A DNA stretch of 64,000 nt, taken from positions 78,676 to 142,675 of the forward strand of contig CALKGR010000003.1 in the NCBI GenBank assembly GCA_938085445.1, written 5' to 3'. The notes beneath the pieces are model-generated. The model was not told the origin of the DNA, searched no databases, and saw only the letters and a list, made by a program, of their open reading frames with translations. Within the stretch, counting starts at the first letter, position 1, and each line of letters starts with the position of its first letter. The translations under genes and the position numbers were made by a program. Shown one piece after another: positions 18,520 to 29,067 of this stretch. This DNA is from an uncultured Rubripirellula sp. (GTDB lineage: Bacteria; Planctomycetota; Planctomycetia; Pirellulales; Pirellulaceae).

Positions 18520-21126
18520 TCACCAACTCGCAGAATCCCATTCTTCGATACAAACCTCACCCTCTTTTCCGATTTGAACACGAATGGCACCGGCAACTGC
18601 TGTTACATGTACATCCGAGCCATGCGCTGAGAGCATTTTCAGTACTTCTGGTTTGCGGGCCCTCTCGCCACCACTGACGATCGTTTCCCCGGGGCGTGCC
18701 CAAGCCAGAACAGACGCTGCATCCATTCTAAGGCTGCCGTGGTGTGGGGCCATCAAAATACCTCCCGGATTCGGGCGCGGCAGATTGATAAGTATGGCGG
18801 TGCCGGGAGGTTCAAGGTCACCGGGAAGGATCATGCTTCGGCCACGCCAACACAGGTGCAACACAAGACTATTAGCGTTATCGCTGCCAGGCAAACGCTC
18901 GAGAGGTGGATGTAAGACTCGGAATGTTTGCGAAAACCGGTAACCTGCATGCCCCAATTTCTCAGACTTGGTCCATCCAATATTGTAGTGCGCTTCCTTG
19001 ACATCAATCTGGTAACGCTTGATCGAATCCTGAATAGGGATCAACGCCGATTCCGGCTCGCTAAGCATCCCCGGTGGCGTAATCACACAGTTAACGTGGA
19101 ATCGTTTCAGGAGGCCAGGTAGCGCATTGAAGTGATCAGAATCAGCATGGGAGAGAATGATTCCATTGAGTCGTGTGATCCCCAGAGACCAGAGTGCACG
19201 ATCGATACCAGCACTACTATATGATTCATTTCCGAGCCGACCACAGTCGTACATCCACACTTCCTTCGATGGCAGACGCAAGATAACGCAAGTTCCGTGG
19301 CCTACATCCAAGAAAGTTGCCTCCAAAGTACCTTTAGGTGCGCTCCGCCCACCAGTGGCCAATCCATAAGCTGCCGCTATCCAGATTCCAACCCAGAGAC
19401 ACCGGCTAATGCGAAGCCACCTGACATGGTATGGCAGGAAAAAACTTGTTGTCAGCAGAACGTAAAAGATGACGACCCAATAACCTGGCGGTGCAGGTAA
19501 CCATGCGTGGCCGCATGGTATGTCCGATGCTACCGACATCACCCACTGCATCCCTTCCAGCGTTTGGCTGCAAATCCAACCGGGGACGATCGCAAGCGAC
19601 TCATGGAACACACCCGTTGCGATTACTAATATCCCCGACCCCAAAGCAACCACCAGGCATGGTGCCAATAGCAGATTCACTAGCACACTAATTGGTGAGA
19701 CAACGTGAAATTCATACCAGACCAATGGCATGCAGATCATGGTGACACAACAACTGAACCACAACAACTGCCGCATTTTTCTGCCTAAGTATTCTGCATG
19801 CACCAGCAAGCTACTTCTGCCAGTATCGATCAGTTCATCCAATAGTTTGTCTTGATCATCATGAACAGTATCACCAGGCTCACGGGCGAATTTTCTCGCA
19901 CACAGGACGAGTGTTGTTACTGCCAGAAACGAGAGTTGAACACCGATGTTCACAACATTTCCAGGGTTGATCAGAATCAAAATCATGGCGGCGACTGACA
20001 AAGTATTGATCGGTTGATTCACTCGTCGCAGCCAAACGGCCCCCAAGAAGACTCCGACTAGAACCGCGGCGCGAATGACGGGTGGTCGGGCCCCGGTAAG
20101 GGATGTGTAAAATAGACAAAACAAAAGAATGAAGAGGATCTTTGCCCTCATCGGCAACCGTACCAGCGTCGCAAGCAAGTTTGCCAAAACGACCAGGATT
20201 GCTAAGTGCATGCCACTGACAGATAGAAGATGAGCTGTGCCAGTAACCAGCAGTAAATCAGTTGTGGCATCGTCGATGTAGTCACGTTGGCCTAGCACCA
20301 TAGCTACTGCAAGCGGACCAGCCGAGGCAGATGTGTGTTGCAATAATTCATCACGCCCGATGGCAGCAAATTGGGCAAGCCATCGTTGAACCACTCTTTG
20401 AATACCTGCTGTTTCGGGCAATGTGATGATTTGGCTGGGAGCACTGACTTTGAACCGTGCCTGCAAATCACGATACCGGTATCTAGGCCGTAGGTCCTGT
20501 TGTCCCGGATTGCTAGGTGGATGGAACTGACATAATTTTCCGTAGGCCTCGATTACGTCACCCGGCAATAGATCCTGATAACGGCCCTCGACGACGACCA
20601 GCACTCTGCCATTCGAACGTTCGAAATCCTGCCCCACTCTTAGTTCGGTGATTTCAACTTCGATTTGAGTTTGCCACGGAGAGCGATGGTGCGCGGCAAC
20701 ATCGAGTCGTGATTGCCGATTACGCAGCGTCGGCGGGCGATCGACAATCCCGTGGATGACGGTGGGCTGCTCGGTCAAACACAAATATTGCATGATCGTG
20801 CGACTGTGATACAGATCGCTTTGAGTGCGATGCAAGTACCCGCCAAATGGCACAAACACCAGGATTGCGATTACCCGACGGATGGAGGGGGTCGCTCGAA
20901 TGAGCAGCATCAGACAGATCGCAATCGCAATCAACCAACCGAATACCGAGAAGGTGCACATCGCGGTCGAAGGACTCGGCGAGAAGCAGGAATCCAACAG
21001 GACCCCGGCAATCGTGGCCACAGCGATCAACAACATGGGTAGCTGGTTAACCCAGGACTGAGGTGACCTAGGCAAATAGGTGATTAACCACGAATAGAAA
21101 TTTTGTGCCCCAATCAACGCGTTCAT
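18520..21126 (-). CDS. comEC: ComEC/Rec2 competence protein
   Basis: GTAHLLSVSGMHL, FLDVGHG, SHADSDH, LPGDLE, APHHGS; start uncertain. Confidence 0.92.
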   Translation of the reverse strand: MNALIGAQNFYSWLITYLPRSPQSWVNQLPMLLIAVATIAGVLLDSCFSPSPSTAMCTFSVFGWLIAIAICLMLLIRATPSIRRVIAILVFVPFGGYLHRTQSDLYHSRTIMQYLCLTEQPTVIHGIVDRPPTLRNRQSRLDVAAHHRSPWQTQIEVEITELRVGQDFERSNGRVLVVVEGRYQDLLPGDVIEAYGKLCQFHPPSNPGQQDLRPRYRYRDLQARFKVSAPSQIITLPETAGIQRVVQRWLAQFAAIGRDELLQHTSASAGPLAVAMVLGQRDYIDDATTDLLLVTGTAHLLSVSGMHLAILVVLANLLATLVRLPMRAKILFILLFCLFYTSLTGARPPVIRAAVLVGVFLGAVWLRRVNQPINTLSVAAMILILINPGNVVNIGVQLSFLAVTTLVLCARKFAREPGDTVHDDQDKLLDELIDTGRSSLLVHAEYLGRKMRQLLWFSCCVTMICMPLVWYEFHVVSPISVLVNLLLAPCLVVALGSGILVIATGVFHESLAIVPGWICSQTLEGMQWVMSVASDIPCGHAWLPAPPGYWVVIFYVLLTTSFFLPYHVRWLRISRCLWVGIWIAAAYGLATGGRSAPKGTLEATFLDVGHGTCVILRLPSKEVWMYDCGRLGNESYSSAGIDRALWSLGITRLNGIILSHADSDHFNALPGLLKRFHVNCVITPPGMLSEPESALIPIQDSIKRYQIDVKEAHYNIGWTKSEKLGHAGYRFSQTFRVLHPPLERLPGSDNANSLVLHLCWRGRSMILPGDLEPPGTAILINLPRPNPGGILMAPHHGSLRMDAASVLAWARPGETIVSGGERARKPEVLKMLSAHGSDVHVTAVAGAIRVQIGKEGEVCIEEWDSASW

Positions 21127-21213
21127 CTCTCCCCAACTCGGTTATCTTGTGGGGCATGCGGTGGTGATCATCGCATCCAAGATTTCGAGCTTTTTCTGAC
21201 AAGGATCTTCCAA

Positions 21214-23361
21214 GTGAATTTACATCTTTTCCGTTGCTTGGTGTCACTTTTCGTTGTTTTCAACCTCACTTCTGATGTTTTACAAGCTCAGGAGAAATCC
21301 CAAGATGCTGGCACAAACAAAATGAAGTATCCAGAAACGAAGGTAATGGATGTTGTCGATGATTATCACGGTAGGAAGGTTTCTGATCCGTATCGCTGGT
21401 TAGAAGACACTGAAAGTGAACAGACAGCGGAGTGGATAGCGGCAGAAAATAAAATCACGCAAAGTTATTTGCAATCAATTCCCGCTCGAAAAATGATGCA
21501 ACAAAGGCTCAAAAAGTTGTGGAACTATGAGCGATTCGGGATGCCTAGTCATCGAGGCGACACTTATTTTTACACCCACAATGACGGGCTTCAAAACCAA
21601 AGTGTGTACTACAAATCCACTTCTCTGGAAGCTCCGCGTGAGGTTCTGCTGAACCCTAATACGTTGAGCCAGGATGGCACCGTTGCCTTAGCGGGTGCTG
21701 TAGCAAGCAAAGACGGGAAATTGCTTGCTTATGGATTAGCCGATGGTGGCAGTGATTGGCGGACTTGGAAGGTTCGCGATGTTGCTTCAGGTAAAGATCT
21801 TGAAGATTTGGTTCAGTGGGTAAAGTTCAGTAGCATCGCTTGGATGCCTGACGGGAGTGGTTTCTTCTACGGAAGGTATGCAGAACCACTGGAAGGGCAG
21901 GAACTGACAGGCACCAATGAAAACCAGAGGATGTATTTTCACAGGATCGGAGACCCGCAAAGCGAAGATCAGCTCATTTTAGAGCGACCGGACCATCCCA
22001 AATGGGGATTTTCACCTGCTGTGACTGATGACGGCAGATATCTGATCATCCAGAATTGGAAAGGTAGCGAACCAAAGTCGCAGATATTCATCAAGGACTT
22101 GCAGCAATCGGATTCCAAAGTGGAACCGCTTATCACTGGTTTTGATGCAGAATATGAGTGGGTTGCTGCCGATGGTGACACGTTATTTTTCATGACCGAC
22201 CATGAAGCGCCGAAACGGCGTTTGATCGCGGTATCAACGAAACAATCCCATCGGAGCCAGTGGCGTGAAATAATTCCTCAAACCGACGATGTTCTGCAAG
22301 GAGCGAATTTGTTTGGGTCAGTATTTTACGCCAGCTGGTTGAAGGATGCCCGTGGCAAGGTCACCCGTCATGATATGGATGGTGGACTGTTGAGTGAACT
22401 TGAATTACCCGGTGTTGGTACTGTCAGTGGCTTTGGAGGCAAGCGAGATGCGAAAGAAACCTTTTTCTCCTTTGCCAACTACGTCACTCCTGCGTCGATC
22501 TATCGTTTGAGTTTGCCGGATGGGAACATCAGTTTATGGCGACGCCCCGAGCTTGATTTCAATGTAGAAGAGTTTGTGACCGAGCAACTTTTTTGCAAAA
22601 GCAAAGATGGTACGACGGTACCAATCATCGTGACTCGAAGGAAAGATTCAAAACTGGATGGATCCAATCGCACCTTGTTGTACGGGTATGGTGGATTCAA
22701 TATCTCCATCACACCATCGTTTTCGCCAGCAACTGTCGGCTGGGTTGAAAGTGGTGGTGTTTATGCGGTCGCCAATCTACGTGGTGGTGGCGAGTATGGT
22801 CGCCAATGGCACGAAGACGGCATGCGGCTCAAGAAGCAGAATGTGTTCAATGACTGCATCGCTGCCGCAGAATATCTTGTCAAGGAAGGCTATACACAAC
22901 CAAGTCGACTGGCACTGCAAGGACGTAGTAATGGTGGATTGTTGGTAGGGGCTGTCATGACTCAACGCCCCGATTTGTTTGGCGCGTGCCTGCCTGGCGT
23001 TGGGGTCATGGATATGCTGCGATATCACAAATTCACTATCGGTTGGGCATGGGCCACTGAGTATGGAAGCAGTGATGAAGAAGATCAAATCGATAACCTG
23101 CTTTCCTATTCACCACTTCATAATTTGAAACGTGGCACATGCTATCCCGCAACGCTGGTAACAACAGCCGAACGGGATGATCGAGTGGTTCCGGGACATA
23201 GTTTCAAGTTTGCCGCTGCCTTACAGGCAGCGCAAGGCTGTGATCACCCTACCTTGATTAGAATCGAAACCCGAGCGGGTCACGGAGCAGGGACACCTAT
23301 CAGTAAACGAATTGATGAGTATGCCGATCTGTGGGCTTTTTTGATTGCGAATCTGAACTAG
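21214..23361 (+). CDS. Secreted prolyl oligopeptidase (S9A)
   Basis: DPYRWLE, GYGGF, GRSNGGLL (Ser), DDRVVP (Asp), AGHGAG (His); signal peptide from GTG at 21214. Confidence 0.95.
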   Translation: MNLHLFRCLVSLFVVFNLTSDVLQAQEKSQDAGTNKMKYPETKVMDVVDDYHGRKVSDPYRWLEDTESEQTAEWIAAENKITQSYLQSIPARKMMQQRLKKLWNYERFGMPSHRGDTYFYTHNDGLQNQSVYYKSTSLEAPREVLLNPNTLSQDGTVALAGAVASKDGKLLAYGLADGGSDWRTWKVRDVASGKDLEDLVQWVKFSSIAWMPDGSGFFYGRYAEPLEGQELTGTNENQRMYFHRIGDPQSEDQLILERPDHPKWGFSPAVTDDGRYLIIQNWKGSEPKSQIFIKDLQQSDSKVEPLITGFDAEYEWVAADGDTLFFMTDHEAPKRRLIAVSTKQSHRSQWREIIPQTDDVLQGANLFGSVFYASWLKDARGKVTRHDMDGGLLSELELPGVGTVSGFGGKRDAKETFFSFANYVTPASIYRLSLPDGNISLWRRPELDFNVEEFVTEQLFCKSKDGTTVPIIVTRRKDSKLDGSNRTLLYGYGGFNISITPSFSPATVGWVESGGVYAVANLRGGGEYGRQWHEDGMRLKKQNVFNDCIAAAEYLVKEGYTQPSRLALQGRSNGGLLVGAVMTQRPDLFGACLPGVGVMDMLRYHKFTIGWAWATEYGSSDEEDQIDNLLSYSPLHNLKRGTCYPATLVTTAERDDRVVPGHSFKFAAALQAAQGCDHPTLIRIETRAGHGAGTPISKRIDEYADLWAFLIANLN

Positions 23362-23573
23362 TCCCCGGCCTCGGTGATCTCGCCTCAGCTTGACGGCTAA
23401 TGAACAGTGCCCATGCTGAGAGTCAAATACCTGTCTTGTTTGGCAAAGCAAAGGTGGGACGACCAATTGATTGTCTTGCTCTATTTTAACTGGGGAAACA
23501 GTCAGGCCGCTCCAGTTTGGTTGCCTTTTCCTTTCTTTCGCTTTTAACACCCTGAGTTGGGGCCTTCCGTAAC

Positions 23574-24371
23574 ATGTTTCTGCAAGAACCTGCTCAGTCA
23601 CCGTACGATTTGCGATTCACTTTGTTTGATGTTCCGATTCGCGTGTCGTGGACGTTCTGGATCGCTGCATTCGTTTTTGGATACAGTCTATCGCGTAATC
23701 TGGATTTCTTACTGGGGGCCAACAGCATCGGGTTGCTGCAAACTTTGCTGGTCTGGTCAGCTTGTTTGTTTGTGTCAATCGTGATCCATGAGTTGGGGCA
23801 CTCACTCGCGTTTCGTCGCTATGGAATTGAGTCGTCAATTGTTCTTTATCACTTCGGTGGGATGGCGATTCCAGGAAGATCACGCACAACAGACCACTCG
23901 TTTGGTGGGCTGACTCCCAAGCAGAATATCTGGATTTCGCTTGCCGGTCCCTTAGCCCAGCTCGGATCCGGTGTGTTGGTTGTGATTGCTGTGAAATTTG
24001 CCGGTTATCAGCTGTTTGTGTTCAATATGATGCCTCGATTTCTCAACTTTGTCCCATCTCTGGTCGAAGGGAACGTAATCGATAGCCCAGGACTCTTCGT
24101 GCTTGTCACCTCGTACATCTTCCCGAGCATTCTATGGGCCTTGCTGAACCTGTTACCTGTGATGCCACTGGATGGTGGTCAAGTGATAAAATCGGTTGTG
24201 CAGTTGACTGGCGGTAACATCATTCAAGCACTTTGGGTCAGTGTGATTGTTGCGGGTGTGGTTGGTTTTTATGGGTTCACAAACGGCCAAACGTATTTAG
24301 GAATACTTTTTTTGATGCTTGGTTGGACAAATTTTCAAGCGATTCAACAAAGCAGCCGAATGGGTTATTGA
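23574..24371 (+). CDS. Site-2 protease (M50 family)
   Basis: IHELGH and NLLPVMPLDGG motifs. Confidence 0.9.
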   Translation: MFLQEPAQSPYDLRFTLFDVPIRVSWTFWIAAFVFGYSLSRNLDFLLGANSIGLLQTLLVWSACLFVSIVIHELGHSLAFRRYGIESSIVLYHFGGMAIPGRSRTTDHSFGGLTPKQNIWISLAGPLAQLGSGVLVVIAVKFAGYQLFVFNMMPRFLNFVPSLVEGNVIDSPGLFVLVTSYIFPSILWALLNLLPVMPLDGGQVIKSVVQLTGGNIIQALWVSVIVAGVVGFYGFTNGQTYLGILFLMLGWTNFQAIQQSSRMGY

Positions 24372-24723
24372 ACTGGGCTGGAAATACTCGTTGTTCACTT
24401 TTCTTTCGTTACTTACGTCCGTTTTGCACGTTCGTGTGCGCACCAAAGTGCTCAATTAAATGGAAAGAGAGCTTTCACGTAACAATTTTTTTTTGGCACG
24501 CAACCACTTTTTTTAAAAAAACATGTTGCGGAATTTGTAGAAGCGCGTAAAGTTACGCCCAGTTTTAAACGGTTGGAAGGATGAGCCGGAACGATGTTGG
24601 ACATCAAGGCTCAGAGATTCAACCACACATGACGGTTGGTGAGCCGTGGCCGGTGACTTCTAAAGTGTTGCTTTAAAAGTCTCGAGGACTCGCCAACGTT
24701 TCCTTTCTCAGCGGAGGAAGAAC

Positions 24724-24978
24724 GTGGCCAAGAAGAAAGCAAAGAAGAAAGCAGCTACTAAGAAGAAGGCTACTAAGAAGAAGGCTGCAAAGCGTTCGAC
24801 TAAGAAGAAAGCCGCCAAGAAGAAAGTTGCAAAGAAGAAGGCAACTAAGAAAAAAGCTGCTAAAAAAGCAACTAAGAAAAAGGCGACTAAGAAGAAAGCC
24901 GCCAAGAAAAAAGCAACCAAGAAGAAAGCTACTAAAAAGCGTTCTACCAAGAAAAAAGCCGCTAAAAAGCGTCGCTAG
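24724..24978 (+). CDS. Lys/Ala-rich histone H1-like (Hc1/Hc2-like) protein
   Basis: GTG start after GGAGGA RBS; repeated (A/T)KKKA pentapeptides; own terminator. Confidence 0.8.
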   Translation: MAKKKAKKKAATKKKATKKKAAKRSTKKKAAKKKVAKKKATKKKAAKKATKKKATKKKAAKKKATKKKATKKRSTKKKAAKKRR

Positions 24979-25020
24979 GTTGCATCACAGTTCAGTTACG
25001 ACTGAACCGTTACAAATAAA

Positions 25021-25059
25021 AAAAGCTGTGTCAGGGCTCTGCTCCGATACGGCTTTTTT
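25021..25059 (+). terminator. Rho-independent terminator
   Basis: AAAAGCTGTGTCAGGGC...GCTCCGATACGGCTTTTTT imperfect hairpin with T tract. Confidence 0.7.
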
Positions 25060-25500
25060 CATGCGCACAACAAAAATCCTCATTCACGCTTCAATTCAAT
25101 CCGTTCGCTGATTCCCAATCCCATCCAGATGACACTGATGTTTAAGATCGATCCACAGGTTATTTGGAAAAAATTAATGAGAATTACAGAGAGAAACCAA
25201 TGCAAATCGCGCAGCAACGCTGAAAATGCATCCGTCTTGAATTATCGAAGGTTGCCATTGCTAGCAATCCATGCTGAAACGGAAGCTTATGGACAGAGAA
25301 TCACCTCGACGCAGGTGAGTGAAACGCTGCATGCCTGAGCTTAATTGTTCCCCGCATGATCGACTTTTGTCTCACTCGCTTGCTAGCAATGAGATGTTTT
25401 TTTAAGGCGAGCATTGGCATTCGCCGCCGGCGTTGATTAGGAAGCCAGCGTTGATTACGAAGGAGGTCCAATGCTTGAAAGAAACATCGTCCTAGGCTGA

Positions 25501-26580
25501 TCAGAGAGTCGGTAAACTCACTTTGGTTGGCTGATTGGCAGCCCGCATGGCTAATTCACGTACCACTGCTTTGCAGATCGCATCGAATGGTGCTCGTGAG
25601 GCATCATTGGACTGAATCACATCCGCTAGTTTTCCTTCATCACCAGCGGTTCGCAGAGTGATATCGATCGGCAGTCCACCGAGGAAAGGAACGTTGAGCT
25701 CCTCGGCTTTCTGTCGCGCCCCACCTTTGCCAAAAATATCATACGTTTTCCCACAGTCTGGGCATTGAAAGCCACTCATGTTCTCGACCATTCCAAGAAT
25801 TGGAATTTCAACTTTACGAAACATGCTAACAGCCTTGATTGCATCAAGCAGGGCAACTTCTTGCGGAGTGCAGACGATGACGGCGCCTGCCAGCGGAAGC
25901 GCTTGTGATAGGGTCAATGCAACGTCGCCGGTACCTGGTGGCATATCAATGATCAGGTAGTCCAAATCACCCCAATCGGTATCACCGAGAAATTGGTTGA
26001 TTGATCCATGCAGCATTGGACCCCTCCAGATGACTGCCTGATCTGGTTCGACAAGGAATCCCATCGACATGACCGGAAGATCACCATCGAGTTTGATAGG
26101 ATCAATTCGTTTTTGCGCAGTGATAGCAGGGCGACCGGTTAATCCCAGCAATTGAGGGATGCTTGGGCCATAAACATCAGCATCCATCAGTCCTACTTTG
26201 GCACCGTATCGCCTTAGAGTCAGTGCCAAGGACGCTGCGACGGTACTCTTTCCGACACCTCCTTTGCCACTACCCACAGCGATGACGCTTTTCGCTTTTA
26301 ACGCGATTTGTCCGATCCGAGCAGGTGGCCGCGGATGGTTGACGTAGGTGATCGTGACTTTGCTTCCCGGTGCTGCTGCCACGATTTTCGATTCTAAAGC
26401 GTCAGATAGTTCATCAGCCATGGGTGCGCTGTGGCTTGTCAATCCTATCGTGAGTGCCGCGTTATTTTGATCAACAACGATATCCTTGATTTGACCCATG
26501 GAATCCAACCCACGTCCTGTTTCCGGGTCGGGATGATCGGAAATAGCGTTCCGGACGGTTTCGGGGGACAAGTGGCTCAT
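25501..26580 (-). CDS. mrp: Mrp/ApbC/NBP35 Fe-S cluster carrier ATPase
   Basis: GSGKGGVGKST, DADVYGPS, IWRGPM, DMPPGTGD, ENMSGFQCPDCG. Confidence 0.94.
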   Translation of the reverse strand: MSHLSPETVRNAISDHPDPETGRGLDSMGQIKDIVVDQNNAALTIGLTSHSAPMADELSDALESKIVAAAPGSKVTITYVNHPRPPARIGQIALKAKSVIAVGSGKGGVGKSTVAASLALTLRRYGAKVGLMDADVYGPSIPQLLGLTGRPAITAQKRIDPIKLDGDLPVMSMGFLVEPDQAVIWRGPMLHGSINQFLGDTDWGDLDYLIIDMPPGTGDVALTLSQALPLAGAVIVCTPQEVALLDAIKAVSMFRKVEIPILGMVENMSGFQCPDCGKTYDIFGKGGARQKAEELNVPFLGGLPIDITLRTAGDEGKLADVIQSNDASRAPFDAICKAVVRELAMRAANQPTKVSLPTL

Positions 26581-26797
26581 GTTCAGTCTCGTGACGCTGT
26601 TGGAGGACTTCGATTTGTGGGATTCCGGCAGGGGCAACCTTGCAGGCGGTCGTATTTCACAGAAAAAAGCCAATCAGAAGGTCAAGAACAGACTGAGAGA
26701 CGATTTGGTTTTGAGAACACGGTAGTGGCAAACTTGCCATAGCACTCGACGCTTCATTGCGAATTCTCAGGGCACCTGCCCAGAAGATTCCACACCC

Positions 26798-27220
26798 TTA
26801 GTCTATTGACTGGGTCCACCTTGCGAAGTGGAGGTGAATCATGTGGGTCAAACGTGGTAATTCTTCGGGATGCTGGATCATTGCTGCGACTGGAAATGGG
26901 GTCAGGCACCATTGTTCGCGCAGCGTCAGCTGATGACAGGCGATGATTTGCAGTGTCTGCGGGTCGCTGGCAGTGGATCGAGCGAGTGAATCGCAATGGG
27001 CAGCGAGCGAATCTCGGCGGACTTCCCGCAGAACAATGGAGGGTTCTGACAGGTTGAGGGTCGCGAGTATTTCGTCTTGCCTTGCTGATGCGACTTTCGG
27101 GATGAGGTCTGTTGGAAACATTTCCGGGCCAAATCTGCGTACAGCCGCGAGCCATCGGCTACCGGTTTCACAGATAATCCATGTTCGAATGACGCCTGGA
27201 TCAATTAAAGACCAATTCAT
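26798..27220 (-). CDS. Hypothetical protein
   Basis: 140-aa ORF whose ATG directly abuts the upstream stop codon. Confidence 0.5.
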   Translation of the reverse strand: MNWSLIDPGVIRTWIICETGSRWLAAVRRFGPEMFPTDLIPKVASARQDEILATLNLSEPSIVLREVRRDSLAAHCDSLARSTASDPQTLQIIACHQLTLREQWCLTPFPVAAMIQHPEELPRLTHMIHLHFARWTQSID

Positions 27221-28633
27221 TCAACGGGACTCTTTGGGTGACGGAGAGTCGGAGGAATGATCATCCAAGCGTCGGATCAAGCGTGCTCTGCTGATACCGA
27301 GTCGTCGTGCAGCTTCAGCACGGTTGCCGTCAGCAGCTTGGAGAGTTTCATTGATCAGTCTCAGTTCATATCGTTGAATCGCATCATCGAGCGATAGTTT
27401 TGAATGTTTGGCACGGTTTGGAATGGAACCGGGCTGGTAGGAACGAATCGCCAAGGGCAAGTGCTCACAGGCAATCACACTTCCCGTAGCAGTTCGGGCC
27501 GCATGTCCAATGGCATCTTCCAGTTCTTTAAAGTTGTGAGGCCACGGGTAAATTACGAGCGCATCGAGAGCGGCTCGACTGATCCTCTCGGCGGGACCTT
27601 CGCCGGCAGCGTATCGCGCATCAAGCATTGCTGTGGCAATCAGTGGTATATCTTCTACTCGTAGCCTCAGTGGTGGGTTAACCATGGTCAGCGAGCTGAT
27701 CACATCTATCATTTGTGAGCACAGTCCACGGGCCCGCTCGTCTTCGAATGACAGGTTTTCACTGATCACGTCATCCGTGGGAGCGTTCAGTTCCATCAGT
27801 TCCGATCCACAACTTGCGAGCAGCCTCAGACGGCCTGAGAATGTGTCTAGCAGATCTGCTAACCGCTGTTGCGCTTCGAATGGCATTTCGTCTAATCCAC
27901 GCACCAGAGCGGTGACATGAGCATCCTTGTTCTCTGAGAGTTGATGACGCGCGGGCATCAAGGTTGCATCGAGCAGGTCCGAGTCCATCAGTGGTCCATC
28001 AACGTTGATGAGATTTTCACTTGGTGCTGAAAGCTCGTGGATACGCAGCAAGATGGATTCACCACCGGAACCTGGTGGTCCGAACAAGCCAACATCGGTT
28101 CGTGTCGATGCCGCCACCTGAATACGACGCCTTAGGCGTACAGCTTGCTTTGAGGTACCGGCTGTGATGTTGATTGTGGTTGCAGCATGGCGTTTTCGCC
28201 ACGAATCGAGCTGTTGTCTTATCGCAACAGCATCTTTCAGTTCGGGCTCGGGTAGACGATCATCGAAATCACCCGCAATCGCCAAAATGAGGGCCGGACT
28301 CTCATTTCCTACCCTGATGAATCGTACCTCCCGAGCCTCCGGGCGGTGACGCTCCAAAGCCGGCGGCGAGATTCTCAGGGATGCTGTACCCCGACGCTGC
28401 AGTTCAGCTGGAGCCGCTAAGGCGGCTGCAATGAGATCCAACTTCTCGTTTGAAATTGGCGCACCAGCGACCGAACTGCGGTCCAACAGTAGGCCACTGT
28501 CGAATCCGAGCCATTGGCTGCAGTTTGGAGATAGATAAATCAACTTGCCAGCTGGACTGATTGCCCAGACGGACGCCTTCGATTTATCCAGCAGCCGTGC
28601 GAACGGCCGAATCCCGTTTCCAGAAACCATCAA
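27221..28633 (-). CDS. PAS-like / degenerate sigma-54 activator AAA+ / Fis-HTH regulator
   Basis: PPLRLRVEDIPLI, YPWPHNFKELE, GNRAEAARRLGISRARL. Confidence 0.8.
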   Translation of the reverse strand: MMVSGNGIRPFARLLDKSKASVWAISPAGKLIYLSPNCSQWLGFDSGLLLDRSSVAGAPISNEKLDLIAAALAAPAELQRRGTASLRISPPALERHRPEAREVRFIRVGNESPALILAIAGDFDDRLPEPELKDAVAIRQQLDSWRKRHAATTINITAGTSKQAVRLRRRIQVAASTRTDVGLFGPPGSGGESILLRIHELSAPSENLINVDGPLMDSDLLDATLMPARHQLSENKDAHVTALVRGLDEMPFEAQQRLADLLDTFSGRLRLLASCGSELMELNAPTDDVISENLSFEDERARGLCSQMIDVISSLTMVNPPLRLRVEDIPLIATAMLDARYAAGEGPAERISRAALDALVIYPWPHNFKELEDAIGHAARTATGSVIACEHLPLAIRSYQPGSIPNRAKHSKLSLDDAIQRYELRLINETLQAADGNRAEAARRLGISRARLIRRLDDHSSDSPSPKESR

Positions 28634-28743
28634 TCCCGCCAGCCAACTCGTTTGATGTGATGAAAGGCAAACACCCGACTGGTAATTTCACCAGTGGCAG
28701 CAGCTTGAACTCATCAGCCGAGTGTGATGACGCGCTATCATGT

Positions 28744-29067
28744 CTAAAAGACATCTAAGATGAAATGGTGACCCGAATGGAATCGGCGGTGGCTCGGATA
28801 ATAGTTGTGCCACTTCTTGTTGTAGACGGGAATCCGCATTTCTGGCGGATACCTGTGGTACAGGCTATCACTGCTGCGAAAGTACTCCTGTCCCCAGAAA
28901 TTCTGGGGATAGTAGACGTACGGATAGTGATAAAACCGATTCCAGTCGCGGAAATCGGACTGTCCACCCCAAGCGCGGCCATAGGCCCGCTGGTCAGCCG
29001 AAGCATTATCGGACAGAGCGACGTAACTGCATGACAGTACGGCGGCGATCAAAAGATGACGAAGCAT
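28744..29067 (-). CDS. Small secreted Tyr/His/Arg-rich protein
   Basis: Signal peptide (..NASA) followed by FYHYPYVYYPQNFW and YHRYPPEMRIPVYN. Confidence 0.7.
   Translation of the reverse strand: MLRHLLIAAVLSCSYVALSDNASADQRAYGRAWGGQSDFRDWNRFYHYPYVYYPQNFWGQEYFRSSDSLYHRYPPEMRIPVYNKKWHNYYPSHRRFHSGHHFILDVF

Noticed and set aside
24708..24950. Phe/Leu/Ala hydrophobic ORF
   Set aside because: Antisense of the Lys-rich gene, which has the RBS and terminator
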